Source: an uncultured archaeon (GTDB lineage: Archaea > Aenigmatarchaeota > Aenigmatarchaeia > QMZP01). Taken from it: a DNA stretch of 64,000 nt. The notes beneath the pieces were generated by a model, which saw only the letters and a program-made list of their open reading frames with translations, did not search any database and was not told where the DNA came from. The translations under genes and the position numbers were made by a program. Below, piece after piece: positions 27,558-36,392 of the stretch. The stretch covers positions 14,659 through 78,658 of the forward strand of contig CAZKUD010000003.1 of NCBI GenBank assembly GCA_964555875.1. Direction: 5' to 3'. The number at the start of each line of letters is the position of its first letter. Positions within the stretch are counted from its first letter, which is position 1.

Positions 27558-28630
27558 TTTTCACCGAAAACTCTCCAGCTCCTGCCGTCTATGTCTGTTA
27601 TCCAAATGTTTTTAAGCCCGGCCTCCTTTAGCCAGCCTTCCATGTCTTCCCTCCTGTAATAGTTGTCCTTCGGAGTTGCCAGGAAGTCGAATGTGTCGGC
27701 ATGCTTCACCCTGAAGGGGAACTTTGCATAGCCTTTGAAGGGGGTCATCTCTGCCAGGCCGTTGAGCCTGAGCGCCCGGAGGGCGTGATACATGCCGTTT
27801 GATGAATGGTATAACATTGCCGGAAGGTAGCAGAGATAGTACAGCATCCCATGTGGCAGCCTCCTTGTCACCTTCCTTAGCCTTCCCAACACAGCCACCT
27901 TGAACCACCTGCCCTCCCTCCCGTAGACCCAGATGAATACCGAGCTGCCCCTCTTCGCGAACTTTGCCAGGCTGAGGTATGCGCCCTTCGGGTCCGGCAG
28001 GTGGTGTATCACGCCGATAGAGAATATGAAGTCGAACTTGCTCCTGAAGGGAAGGTTGTATGCGTCCCCCTGCACGATGTGCGCCTTTGGGAACTTCCTG
28101 ACGTTGTGGTATGCGGCCTCAACTGCATGGCTCAGGTCAAGGCCGACCACTTCTGCCCCGAACTCGGCGCTGTAGTATGTGTGCCGCCCGAAGCCGCAGC
28201 CGACATCAAGGACCAGCTTGTTCCTAAAAAAGGAAGGCTTTATGGGCTTTATGTAATTGAGGAAATTGGCCCTGAACTCTGGGAACATCTCATGGAACCT
28301 GTTCCACTGGAAACCGAATGACTCCAGCGTGTCCCTCTTCATCCTGGTGTCCTTCCCCTGCTTCTTTCCTTCCATCTCTTTTGGGAGCTTGCTGCTGTAT
28401 TTTTCCAGGAAGGCCGAGTATCTCTTTTCCACCTGGGAATCCCGAAGGGAGTCGGGCAGCATCCTGGGTATGCCGCCTATTATAGGGTACCATCTCCTGC
28501 ACTTGCAGGTGAGGACGCCATCTGTCACTTCCTTTATGCCTGACTCCCCCTTCTCCTCCCCGAAGGGGTGGAGTTTAAGGCTCCCCTTGCATTCGGGGCA
28601 AATCAGGATGTCCATCAGGCTCAGTTTCAT
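27554..28630 (-). CDS. Trm112-like zinc-ribbon domain fused to a class I SAM methyltransferase
   Basis: The N-terminus ILICPECKGSL...LTCKCRRWYPIIGGIPRML is a Trm112p-like fold. The methyltransferase motif is VLDVGCGFGRH. Confidence 0.7.
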   Translation of the reverse strand: MKLSLMDILICPECKGSLKLHPFGEEKGESGIKEVTDGVLTCKCRRWYPIIGGIPRMLPDSLRDSQVEKRYSAFLEKYSSKLPKEMEGKKQGKDTRMKRDTLESFGFQWNRFHEMFPEFRANFLNYIKPIKPSFFRNKLVLDVGCGFGRHTYYSAEFGAEVVGLDLSHAVEAAYHNVRKFPKAHIVQGDAYNLPFRSKFDFIFSIGVIHHLPDPKGAYLSLAKFAKRGSSVFIWVYGREGRWFKVAVLGRLRKVTRRLPHGMLYYLCYLPAMLYHSSNGMYHALRALRLNGLAEMTPFKGYAKFPFRVKHADTFDFLATPKDNYYRREDMEGWLKEAGLKNIWITDIDGRSWRVFGEK

Positions 28631-28636
28631 AGTATC

Positions 28637-29962
28637 CTACAAGGTCTTGTATCTTATGCCCAGCTCCTTTGCTCTTGATGCATCGAAGAATCTCCTGACA
28701 TCCACCAGTATCGGGTTCTGGGAAGATGCGCTTTTCACCGAGGACATGTCCATCGCCCTGAATGCGTCATGGTCGGTTACCAGCACCACACAGTCCATTT
28801 CCTTGGCCTCATCCATGCTCTCTATGCGCCTTATCCCGAACTGCTTTTCTATGTCTTCTTTCTTTAGGTGTGGCTCATATGCGAATACGTTCACGCCCTT
28901 GGATAGCAGCTCCTTGGTTATTGCCTCTGCCGGGGTATTCCTGTAATCCTTCACGTTCTTCTTGAATGTGAGGCCGAGGAGCAGGACGTTTGAGCCGTTC
29001 ATGCTTTTTTTCACCTCGTTGAGGGAGGCGGATATGATGCTGACGACGTGCATGGGCATGTAATTGTTGATGTCCCTCCCTGCGAGTATGACCTTGGAGT
29101 CGTATCCCATGTCCTTTGCCTTGTGCACCAGGTAGTACGGGTCCACAGGTATGCAGTGTCCTCCCACAAGCCCCGGCCTGTAGGGATGGAAGTTCCATTT
29201 GGTGCCTGCTGCCTCAAGCACCTTGTTGACATCTATGCCCATCTTCCCGAATATCAGGGCAAGTTCGTTGACAAGGGCTATGTTCAGGTCCCTCTGTATG
29301 TTCTCTATGACCTTCGCCGCTTCCGCTGTCTCTATGCTATCGGTTTTGTGGGTGCCCGCCTCTGTCACCTTCCCGTACAGCTCGGCAAGCACGTCCGTCG
29401 TCTCCTTGTCCTGACCCCCCACCACCTTGACTATCTTCTTCAGCGTATGCTCCCTGTCGCCCGGGTTTATCCTCTCTGGGGAATACCCCAGAAAGAAGTC
29501 CGTTCCTGCCTTCATGCCTGACGCCTTCTCCACTGCGGGCCCCAGTATGTTCCTTGTGACTCCCGGGTACACTGTGGATTCTAGCACTATGACCGCTCCC
29601 TTCTCTGCCGCCCTTCCTGCCACCGAACCAGCTGACTCGACGTACGCGAGGTCCGGCTCGTTTCCTTTCCTCAGGGGGGTCGGCACGCTTATGATGAAGA
29701 AGTCCGAGCCCTTTATGTCTTTCTCGTCGGAGGTGAACGTTATGTTCCCTGTGCTTATGGCACCCTCCAGCTCTTCCCTGCTTATGTCATTGTTGGTGTC
29801 CATCCCCTTGGAAAGGGTCTCCACCTTCTCCTTATTGATGTCGAACCCCCTCACCTTCAGGCCAGAGTTAGCAAATCCCAGTGCCAGGGGCAGGCCCACG
29901 TAGCCCAGGCCTAATATGCAGACTGTAGCGCTGCCGTCCCTAAGACTTTCCCTTGCTTTCAT
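28637..29962 (-). CDS. Nucleotide-sugar 6-dehydrogenase (UDP-GlcNAc/ManNAc/Glc dehydrogenase family, TviB/WbpO-like)
   Basis: VCILGLGYVGLPLALGF and the catalytic Cys region GLVGGHCIPVDPYY; 441 aa. Confidence 0.8.
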   Translation of the reverse strand: MKARESLRDGSATVCILGLGYVGLPLALGFANSGLKVRGFDINKEKVETLSKGMDTNNDISREELEGAISTGNITFTSDEKDIKGSDFFIISVPTPLRKGNEPDLAYVESAGSVAGRAAEKGAVIVLESTVYPGVTRNILGPAVEKASGMKAGTDFFLGYSPERINPGDREHTLKKIVKVVGGQDKETTDVLAELYGKVTEAGTHKTDSIETAEAAKVIENIQRDLNIALVNELALIFGKMGIDVNKVLEAAGTKWNFHPYRPGLVGGHCIPVDPYYLVHKAKDMGYDSKVILAGRDINNYMPMHVVSIISASLNEVKKSMNGSNVLLLGLTFKKNVKDYRNTPAEAITKELLSKGVNVFAYEPHLKKEDIEKQFGIRRIESMDEAKEMDCVVLVTDHDAFRAMDMSSVKSASSQNPILVDVRRFFDASRAKELGIRYKTL

Positions 29963-30881
29963 AGAACTTCACTGTCTCCTCCAGGCCTTCCTTCAGGGTG
30001 AACTTTGGCTCATATGACAGGAGCTTCCTGGCAAGGGATATGCCCGCCAGGGAATGTTTTATGTCGCCTTTCCTCTCTTCTGTATGCTCTGCCTTGATGC
30101 ATGTTCCCATTATCTCGTTCAGTATGTCTACAAGCATGTTTATCGTGACCCTTTCTCCCCTGGATATGTTGATTGCCCTACCTGCGGCCCTGGCGCTGTT
30201 CTCCATGGCCAGGATGTTGGCTGCCACCACATCCTTCACATAAGTGAAGTCCCTTGTCTGCTCTCCGTCGCCGTATATGGTCGGGCTCTTGCCGACCATT
30301 ATGCTGTTTATGAACTTGGGTATGACCGCGGAATATTGTGACGTCGGGTCCTGGTTCTCCCCGAAGACATTGAAGTACCTGAGCGAGACCGTCTCCATGC
30401 CGTGTATCTTATGGAAGACCTGGCAGTAATATTCCCCTGTGAGCTTGGAAACGGCATAAGGGGACATGGGCGCAGGCGCCATGGTCTCCACCTTGGGCAA
30501 GGTTTCCGATTCCCCATAGGCCGAGGATGACGCAGCATAAACGAATTTCTTGACCCCGGCATCCGCTGCAGCCACAAGCATGTTGAGCGTTCCCCCTATG
30601 TTGATGTCATTGGAGAGCACGGGCTCCTTCACTGACCTGGGGACAGAAGGGAGCGCAGCTTGGTGGAAGACGCAGTGGACGCCGTCGACTGCCTTCCTGA
30701 CCGTTTCCATGTCTCTGATGTCGCCTTCCAGTATCTCTGCCCTCTCCAGGCCGTCCAGGTTCTCCTTCTTTCCTGTAATCAGGCTGTCAAGTATCCTTAC
30801 ATTGAACCCTCTCTCGAGAAGCGCCTTGGCCAGGTTGGAACCTATAAAACCTGCGCCGCCTGTTACCAGAACTGTTTTCAT
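29940..30881 (-). CDS. NAD-dependent nucleotide-sugar 4-epimerase (TviC/WbpP-like)
   Basis: VLVTGGAGFIGSNL and SPYAVSKLTGE. It lies immediately upstream of the dehydrogenase. Confidence 0.8.
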   Translation of the reverse strand: MKTVLVTGGAGFIGSNLAKALLERGFNVRILDSLITGKKENLDGLERAEILEGDIRDMETVRKAVDGVHCVFHQAALPSVPRSVKEPVLSNDINIGGTLNMLVAAADAGVKKFVYAASSSAYGESETLPKVETMAPAPMSPYAVSKLTGEYYCQVFHKIHGMETVSLRYFNVFGENQDPTSQYSAVIPKFINSIMVGKSPTIYGDGEQTRDFTYVKDVVAANILAMENSARAAGRAINISRGERVTINMLVDILNEIMGTCIKAEHTEERKGDIKHSLAGISLARKLLSYEPKFTLKEGLEETVKFYESKGKS

Positions 30882-30914
30882 ATTCCACCATTATTATGAA
30901 TCATTTAAATAGGT

Positions 30915-31868
30915 TTACCCACTTCGCCCCCTGATGCTTCCGGAGAGGAGACCGAGCCCGAAAACCGCGCTTCTGAACATCAACATTATCGGGGACACCA
31001 AGGCGACTCCGGCTCCCATCCTGCGGGAACTGGCGGAAAAGGGCAGCGTGGTGATGAACAAGAGCAGGAGCAGGGCCGCGGCGGGCACGGGACCGATAAA
31101 AGGCAACGTAGCTATGGAAGCCAGGAAAAGGCAGACTAGGCCTATCTGGACCTTCAGGGACTGGGGAGTGTAGGAATCCTTCACTGCCTTCTTGGGGTGC
31201 TTCTTGTAGAGCAACACCCGCCAGTAGGCCCTCCAATATTTCTGCTTCAGGTACCTCGTCAGGCTGTCCGGATGGGTGTGGTAGACTATTGCCTTCCGGT
31301 TGAAGACCAGTTTGTGGCCCCTGGCCGCCATCCTGAATGAGAGTTCCGGGTCCTCCCCGGATGCCTTCGGGAAGCTCTTGTCAAACCCCCCGAACTTGCT
31401 GAACACGGACTTTCTGTAGGCGGCTGCGTACGTGCCTATGAAGTCTATGCAGTCCCCTTGGGACATCCTCCTGTACCTGTCCTCTATCTCTGCCTGGCAA
31501 AACCTGGCGACAAGGGATTTCTGCCTCGTCCTGTAGGCACCCTGGACCCCGGACACGCCCCTGTCGCTGAACGGCCTGAGCATCTCCCCGACCCAGTTTT
31601 TATCAGGCACGCAGTCAGCGTCGGTGAAAAGCAGTATGTCGCCCCTGGCGGCCTTCGACCCCATGTTCCTGGCCGCAGCAGGCCCCCTGTTCCTCTGGCT
31701 GATGACTTTTGCCCCAAGCTTCCTGGAGACCTCGGCCGTCCTGTCAGCGGAGCCGTCGTCCACCACTATCACTTCCAACGGCTTCTTGGTCTGGCGTTTC
31801 AGGGCACTGAGGCAATCACTTATAGCCTTCTCGGCATTGTAAGCAGGTATTATCACTGACGCCTTCAT
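30915..31868 (-). CDS. Glycosyltransferase family 2
   Basis: ASVIIPAYNAEKAI, VIVVDDGSADRT and FTDADCVP, with C-terminal TM segments. Confidence 0.8.
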   Translation of the reverse strand: MKASVIIPAYNAEKAISDCLSALKRQTKKPLEVIVVDDGSADRTAEVSRKLGAKVISQRNRGPAAARNMGSKAARGDILLFTDADCVPDKNWVGEMLRPFSDRGVSGVQGAYRTRQKSLVARFCQAEIEDRYRRMSQGDCIDFIGTYAAAYRKSVFSKFGGFDKSFPKASGEDPELSFRMAARGHKLVFNRKAIVYHTHPDSLTRYLKQKYWRAYWRVLLYKKHPKKAVKDSYTPQSLKVQIGLVCLFLASIATLPFIGPVPAAALLLLLFITTLPFSASSRRMGAGVALVSPIMLMFRSAVFGLGLLSGSIRGRSG

Positions 31869-31973
31869 ACTATATATACCGCTCCCGGACTTTTGTGTTT
31901 TTGCTGAAAGGACTTGGGAAAAGCTTTATAAGCTGTTTTCTCAAACTAAAGATAAGCCCCTAGTAGTGATTTT

Positions 31974-33395
31974 ATGAAAATCTTCATCGCCAACCCCCCG
32001 TTCATAAAGAACTTCAACCGACAGGTGAGGTGGTCAGCAAAGACGTCGGGCGGTCTCCACCCACCCATCTATCTTGCATACGCCGCGGCTGTACTGGCCA
32101 AGAAGCATGAGGTCAAGCTCGAGGACGCGGTCGCGGAGGGAAAGACTGTGGAGGGGTTCCTGAAGGACGTCAAGTCGTTCGGTCCTGACATGGTCGTGAT
32201 GGAGACGTCAACGCCGTCCATAGTCAACGATTCCAGGATAGCCGAGGAGATACGGAAGTTCTCGAAGGCCAAGATTGTGCTCACCGGTCCGCATACATCG
32301 GCCATGCCGGAGAGGACGCTCAAGGAGTCCATAGCGGATGCTGTAACAATAGGGGAATACGATTACACCCTGCCCGAAATCGCCGAAGCGTTCGAGAGGG
32401 GCGACACCCTGAAAGGCATAAAGGGGTGCGCATACAGGGAAGGCGGGAAGGCCGTCGTAAACCCCAGGAGGGAGCTGATAAGGGACCTGGACAAGCTGCC
32501 ATGGCCGCTCAGGGACCAGCTGCCGAACGAGAAGTATTCCGACACGCTCATGACGTCTCCCCTGACCTTCATAGTGACCGCAAGGGGCTGCCCCTTCCTA
32601 TGCAACTACTGCAACTGGCCCTCCACCATGTTCGGGCATATGATAAGGAAGCGAGACCCCATGGATGTGGTGGACGAGGTGGAGCACTGCGTGAAGAAAT
32701 ACAAGCTGAAGAGCTACAAGTTCTTTGACGACACATTCACCTGCGACAAGAACCACGTCAAGATAATCTGCAATGAACTGATAAAGAGGAAGATAAAGGC
32801 CAAGTGGATATGCAATGCCAGGGTGGACACGCTTGACGAGGAGACCATGAGGCTTATGAAGAAGGCCGGATGCAGCCTTTTCAAGATAGGTGTGGAGTCG
32901 GGCGACCAGGACATACTGGACTGGATAAAGAAGGGCACCAAGATAGAGCAGATAAGGAGCTTCTTCAAGCTGACAAAGAAGGTGGGGATACAGACATTCG
33001 CCTCCTTCATGATAGGCTATCCCCAGGAGACGGAGGAGACCATAAGGAAGACGTTCGACCTGGCTAAGGAGATAGGGCCGGACATGGCCCAGTTCGTCAT
33101 ACTTCAGCCCCTTCCCGGGACCGAACTCTGGGACTGGATGCAGAAAAAGGGGATGATACCCAAGGACATAAAGTGGGACGGCTACATAACAGAAGAGGGT
33201 TATGTGGACCTTGTTTTCAAGCACCCCAAGTTCTCGCAGGACGAGCTCAGGGAGATATGCTCCAGGCTCTGGAAAGGCTACTACATGAGGCCGGGATACA
33301 TAGCCAAGAGGGTCAAGAGGGGCATCACTTCTTCAAGGGAGATAAAGAGGAATGCTGCAGGCGTCAAGAAGATATTCAGGTACAGGAAGGCCTGA
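31974..33395 (+). CDS. B12-binding-domain radical SAM enzyme (class B rSAM family)
   Basis: N-terminal cobalamin-binding-like Rossmann region, then ARGCPFLCNYCNWP, which is the CxxxCxxC radical SAM cluster motif. Confidence 0.8.
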   Translation: MKIFIANPPFIKNFNRQVRWSAKTSGGLHPPIYLAYAAAVLAKKHEVKLEDAVAEGKTVEGFLKDVKSFGPDMVVMETSTPSIVNDSRIAEEIRKFSKAKIVLTGPHTSAMPERTLKESIADAVTIGEYDYTLPEIAEAFERGDTLKGIKGCAYREGGKAVVNPRRELIRDLDKLPWPLRDQLPNEKYSDTLMTSPLTFIVTARGCPFLCNYCNWPSTMFGHMIRKRDPMDVVDEVEHCVKKYKLKSYKFFDDTFTCDKNHVKIICNELIKRKIKAKWICNARVDTLDEETMRLMKKAGCSLFKIGVESGDQDILDWIKKGTKIEQIRSFFKLTKKVGIQTFASFMIGYPQETEETIRKTFDLAKEIGPDMAQFVILQPLPGTELWDWMQKKGMIPKDIKWDGYITEEGYVDLVFKHPKFSQDELREICSRLWKGYYMRPGYIAKRVKRGITSSREIKRNAAGVKKIFRYRKA

Positions 33396-33411
33396 TTCCC
33401 GGTGATCTCTC

Positions 33412-35262
33412 ATGTGCGGCATATGGGGCTTCAATTTTGAGGACAAGGAACTGCTCGCCAGGATGGGGAAGTCCCTGGAGCACAGGGGCCCTGACGGCAA
33501 AGGCAGCTTCTCTGACAAGCGCGTATCTCTGGGCCACAGGAGGCTTGCCATAATAGACCTGTCAGAAAGGGCCAGGCAGCCCATGGAGAGCGAGGACGGC
33601 AGCGTCGTGATGGTGTGCAATGGGGAGATATACAACTTCAGGGAGCTCAGGAAGGAGCTCGAGAAGGAGGGGCACAGGTTCTCCTCGGGCAGCGACTCAG
33701 AGGCTATCGTGCACGCATACGAGGAATGGGGGCCGAAATTCATAGACAGGTTGAGGGGCATATTCAGCCTGGCCATCTACGACAGGGACCGGGGGCTCCT
33801 GATACTGGCCAGGGACAGGCTTGGCGTGAAACCCCTCTACTACCACTTCGATGACAGGAAGTTCATCTTCGCGTCGGAAATAAAGGCAATCCTGGAATAC
33901 AGGAAATTTCCCCTTGACAAGGTGAGCCTGGATGAATTCTTCACGTTCCAGTATGTGCTGGCTCCCAGGACTCTGTTCGGGGGCATCAGAAAGCTCAGGC
34001 CCGCAGAAGCCATCGTGCTGGACCTGAAGAGCGGGAAGCTTTCGAGCAGCATATACTGGAAGCCCAACACGTCCAAAATGGAGGTTGGGGAAAGGCAGCT
34101 TGCCGGGGAGCTCGAGAAGCTGATAAGGGAATCAGTGGAGATGAGAATGGTAAGTGATGTGCCCATCGGCATATACCTGTCAGGGGGGCTGGACTCCAGT
34201 TACATAACCGCGCTTGCGTCAGAAGGCAGGAAGGACCTGAAGACATTCACCGTGGGCTTCGGGCACCACACGGACGAAACCGGGTATGCCAGGATGGTGG
34301 CCGAGGCATTCGGGACGGACCACAGGGAGGTCATAGTGGATGACGTGAAGATGGACATACTGCCGACTGTCACCTGGCACATGGATGTGCCCGCCGTGGA
34401 CATAGCAGCCATCCCGCTGTACGTGATGGCAAAAGAGTCCGGAAAGCATCTCACTGTAGCCCTGGCCGGGGACGGCGGGGACGAGATATTCGGGGGCTAT
34501 GACAAGTACAAGGCCATGTCTGCCAGGGGGCGCTATTCCAGGGTGCCGGGACCCATCAGAATGCCCGTGAACATCCTGGCCAAAAGAAAGATGGGAAAGG
34601 AAAATTACGGGAGGTTCAGGGAGCTCATGGGAAAGGACTGGCTGAGCTCCTACCTGGCCTACATATCCACCTTCTCAGAAGAGGAGAAAAGGAGGCTCTA
34701 CTCCACTGAATTCGTGAGGGCTGCGGACCTGGACGAAAGGGCGAAGCTTGCCACCCTGGTGAAGGGCAAAGGGAGCATGGACAACATAATATGCCTTGAC
34801 TTCAGGACCCAGTTGCCTGAGGACTACCTGATGAAGGTCGACAAGATGACGATGGCCAATGCCATAGAGGCCAGGGTGCCCCTCCTGGACCAGAAGGTAG
34901 TAGAGCTGTCCCTGAGGATACCAGCAGGCATGAAGGTGAGCGGGCTCAAGACCAAGTGCATGTTCAGGAAGATGGCCGCCAGGAAGCTGCCGAAGGAGAT
35001 AGTCCAGAGGAAGAAGAGCGGGTTCACCCTTCCTACAGAGAAGTGGATGGAGGAGGGCATGCGGGGGCTTGCCCTACAGATGTTCGATTCTGCCCCCAGG
35101 GAGATACTGGACAGGAAGGAAGCAGTGAAGATAATAGAGAACTATTCCAGGAGCAGGAGGTATTACACCAGGCAGCTGTGGACGGTTTTCTCGTTCATAT
35201 TGTGGCACAAGATGTATTTCAGCCCCGGCAAACATTCACTTAAGATGGGGGATTACCTATGA
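33412..35262 (+). CDS. asnB: Asparagine synthase (glutamine-hydrolysing) family amidotransferase
   Basis: N-terminal nucleophile MCGIWGF and the PP-loop YLSGGLDSS; 616 aa. Confidence 0.85.
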   Translation: MCGIWGFNFEDKELLARMGKSLEHRGPDGKGSFSDKRVSLGHRRLAIIDLSERARQPMESEDGSVVMVCNGEIYNFRELRKELEKEGHRFSSGSDSEAIVHAYEEWGPKFIDRLRGIFSLAIYDRDRGLLILARDRLGVKPLYYHFDDRKFIFASEIKAILEYRKFPLDKVSLDEFFTFQYVLAPRTLFGGIRKLRPAEAIVLDLKSGKLSSSIYWKPNTSKMEVGERQLAGELEKLIRESVEMRMVSDVPIGIYLSGGLDSSYITALASEGRKDLKTFTVGFGHHTDETGYARMVAEAFGTDHREVIVDDVKMDILPTVTWHMDVPAVDIAAIPLYVMAKESGKHLTVALAGDGGDEIFGGYDKYKAMSARGRYSRVPGPIRMPVNILAKRKMGKENYGRFRELMGKDWLSSYLAYISTFSEEEKRRLYSTEFVRAADLDERAKLATLVKGKGSMDNIICLDFRTQLPEDYLMKVDKMTMANAIEARVPLLDQKVVELSLRIPAGMKVSGLKTKCMFRKMAARKLPKEIVQRKKSGFTLPTEKWMEEGMRGLALQMFDSAPREILDRKEAVKIIENYSRSRRYYTRQLWTVFSFILWHKMYFSPGKHSLKMGDYL

Positions 35263-36392
35263 AGATAGCGATACTCGGCGCCAGGAGGTTCCCTCCCAGG
35301 ATGAGCGGGATAGACAAGCAGGTATACAACCTGTCGCTCAGGCTGGAGAGGATGGGCCATGAGGTGTTCGTCTTTGTCTCCGAGAGTGCCGGGAAGGCCC
35401 CCAGGAAGGGCATACACATAATCAGGATACCAAGCATAAACATTGAGCTGTCTGACATGAGCATGTCGTACCTCTCCTATAACGTGCTCTCGGTGCCCAA
35501 GGTAGTGTCTGCCATAAGGAAGCACAAGATAGACGTGCTTCATGCGAACAATCCCCCGTCAGGGGCCATAGCATACCTGGTGAAGAAGGCCACGGGCATA
35601 CCCGTAGTCTACACGCTTAGGGGGACCATACCTGACAACAGGAAGGCCAGGGGCAGGATGGTGTCTAAGCCGCTCTCCTTGATGGAGAAGATGGCGCTCA
35701 GGGTGGCTGACAAGTCCACCGCGCTCACCCAGCACATCAAGAGAACGACCGAAAGGTACCACAGGAGGAAGCTGGACATGGTCGTGATACCCAACGGCAT
35801 AGACACCGGCAGGAAAGGCGTGCCGGGAAGGATAAGGAAGGAGTTCGGGCTGAAGAGGAGTCATAAGGTGCTGGTCTTTGTGGGCAGGCTGGTGGGAGTG
35901 AAGGGACTGGCCTACCTGATGGACGCGATGAAGGGCGTGTGCAGGAAGCACCCGGACGCCAGGCTCCTTGTGGTAGGCGGAGGGCCCATAAAGCATTCCC
36001 TGGAGGAGCAGGCAAGGGTGAATGGCATAGGGAAGGCCGTGATATTCACTGGGCCCAGGGCAGACGTCCCTGACATACTCGCGGACTCCGACCTGATGGT
36101 CCTCCCGTCATTGCACGAAGGTTTCCCGAACGTCGTGCTGGAGGCCATGGTCGAGGGCAAGCCGGTGGTTGCCACAAGGGTCACCAGCAACCCTGAGATA
36201 GTCAGGCCGGCCTTCGGCACGCTTGCAGAGCCAAGGAACCCTGAGAGCCTGGAAAGGGCGATATGCTCCATGCTGTCCGGAGGAAAGCTGGAAAGCATGG
36301 GGAAGGCAGCCCTAAAGGAATCCAGGAAATATTCATGGGACAACGTGTCAAGGATGTTCGAGAGGGTCTTCAAAGAGGTTGCTCGCCGCTGA
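35259..36392 (+). CDS. Glycosyltransferase family 4 (GT-B)
   Basis: MKIAILGARRFPP... and C-terminal SLHEGFPNVVLEAMVEGKPVVATRV. ATGA overlap with asnB. Confidence 0.8.
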   Translation: MKIAILGARRFPPRMSGIDKQVYNLSLRLERMGHEVFVFVSESAGKAPRKGIHIIRIPSINIELSDMSMSYLSYNVLSVPKVVSAIRKHKIDVLHANNPPSGAIAYLVKKATGIPVVYTLRGTIPDNRKARGRMVSKPLSLMEKMALRVADKSTALTQHIKRTTERYHRRKLDMVVIPNGIDTGRKGVPGRIRKEFGLKRSHKVLVFVGRLVGVKGLAYLMDAMKGVCRKHPDARLLVVGGGPIKHSLEEQARVNGIGKAVIFTGPRADVPDILADSDLMVLPSLHEGFPNVVLEAMVEGKPVVATRVTSNPEIVRPAFGTLAEPRNPESLERAICSMLSGGKLESMGKAALKESRKYSWDNVSRMFERVFKEVARR

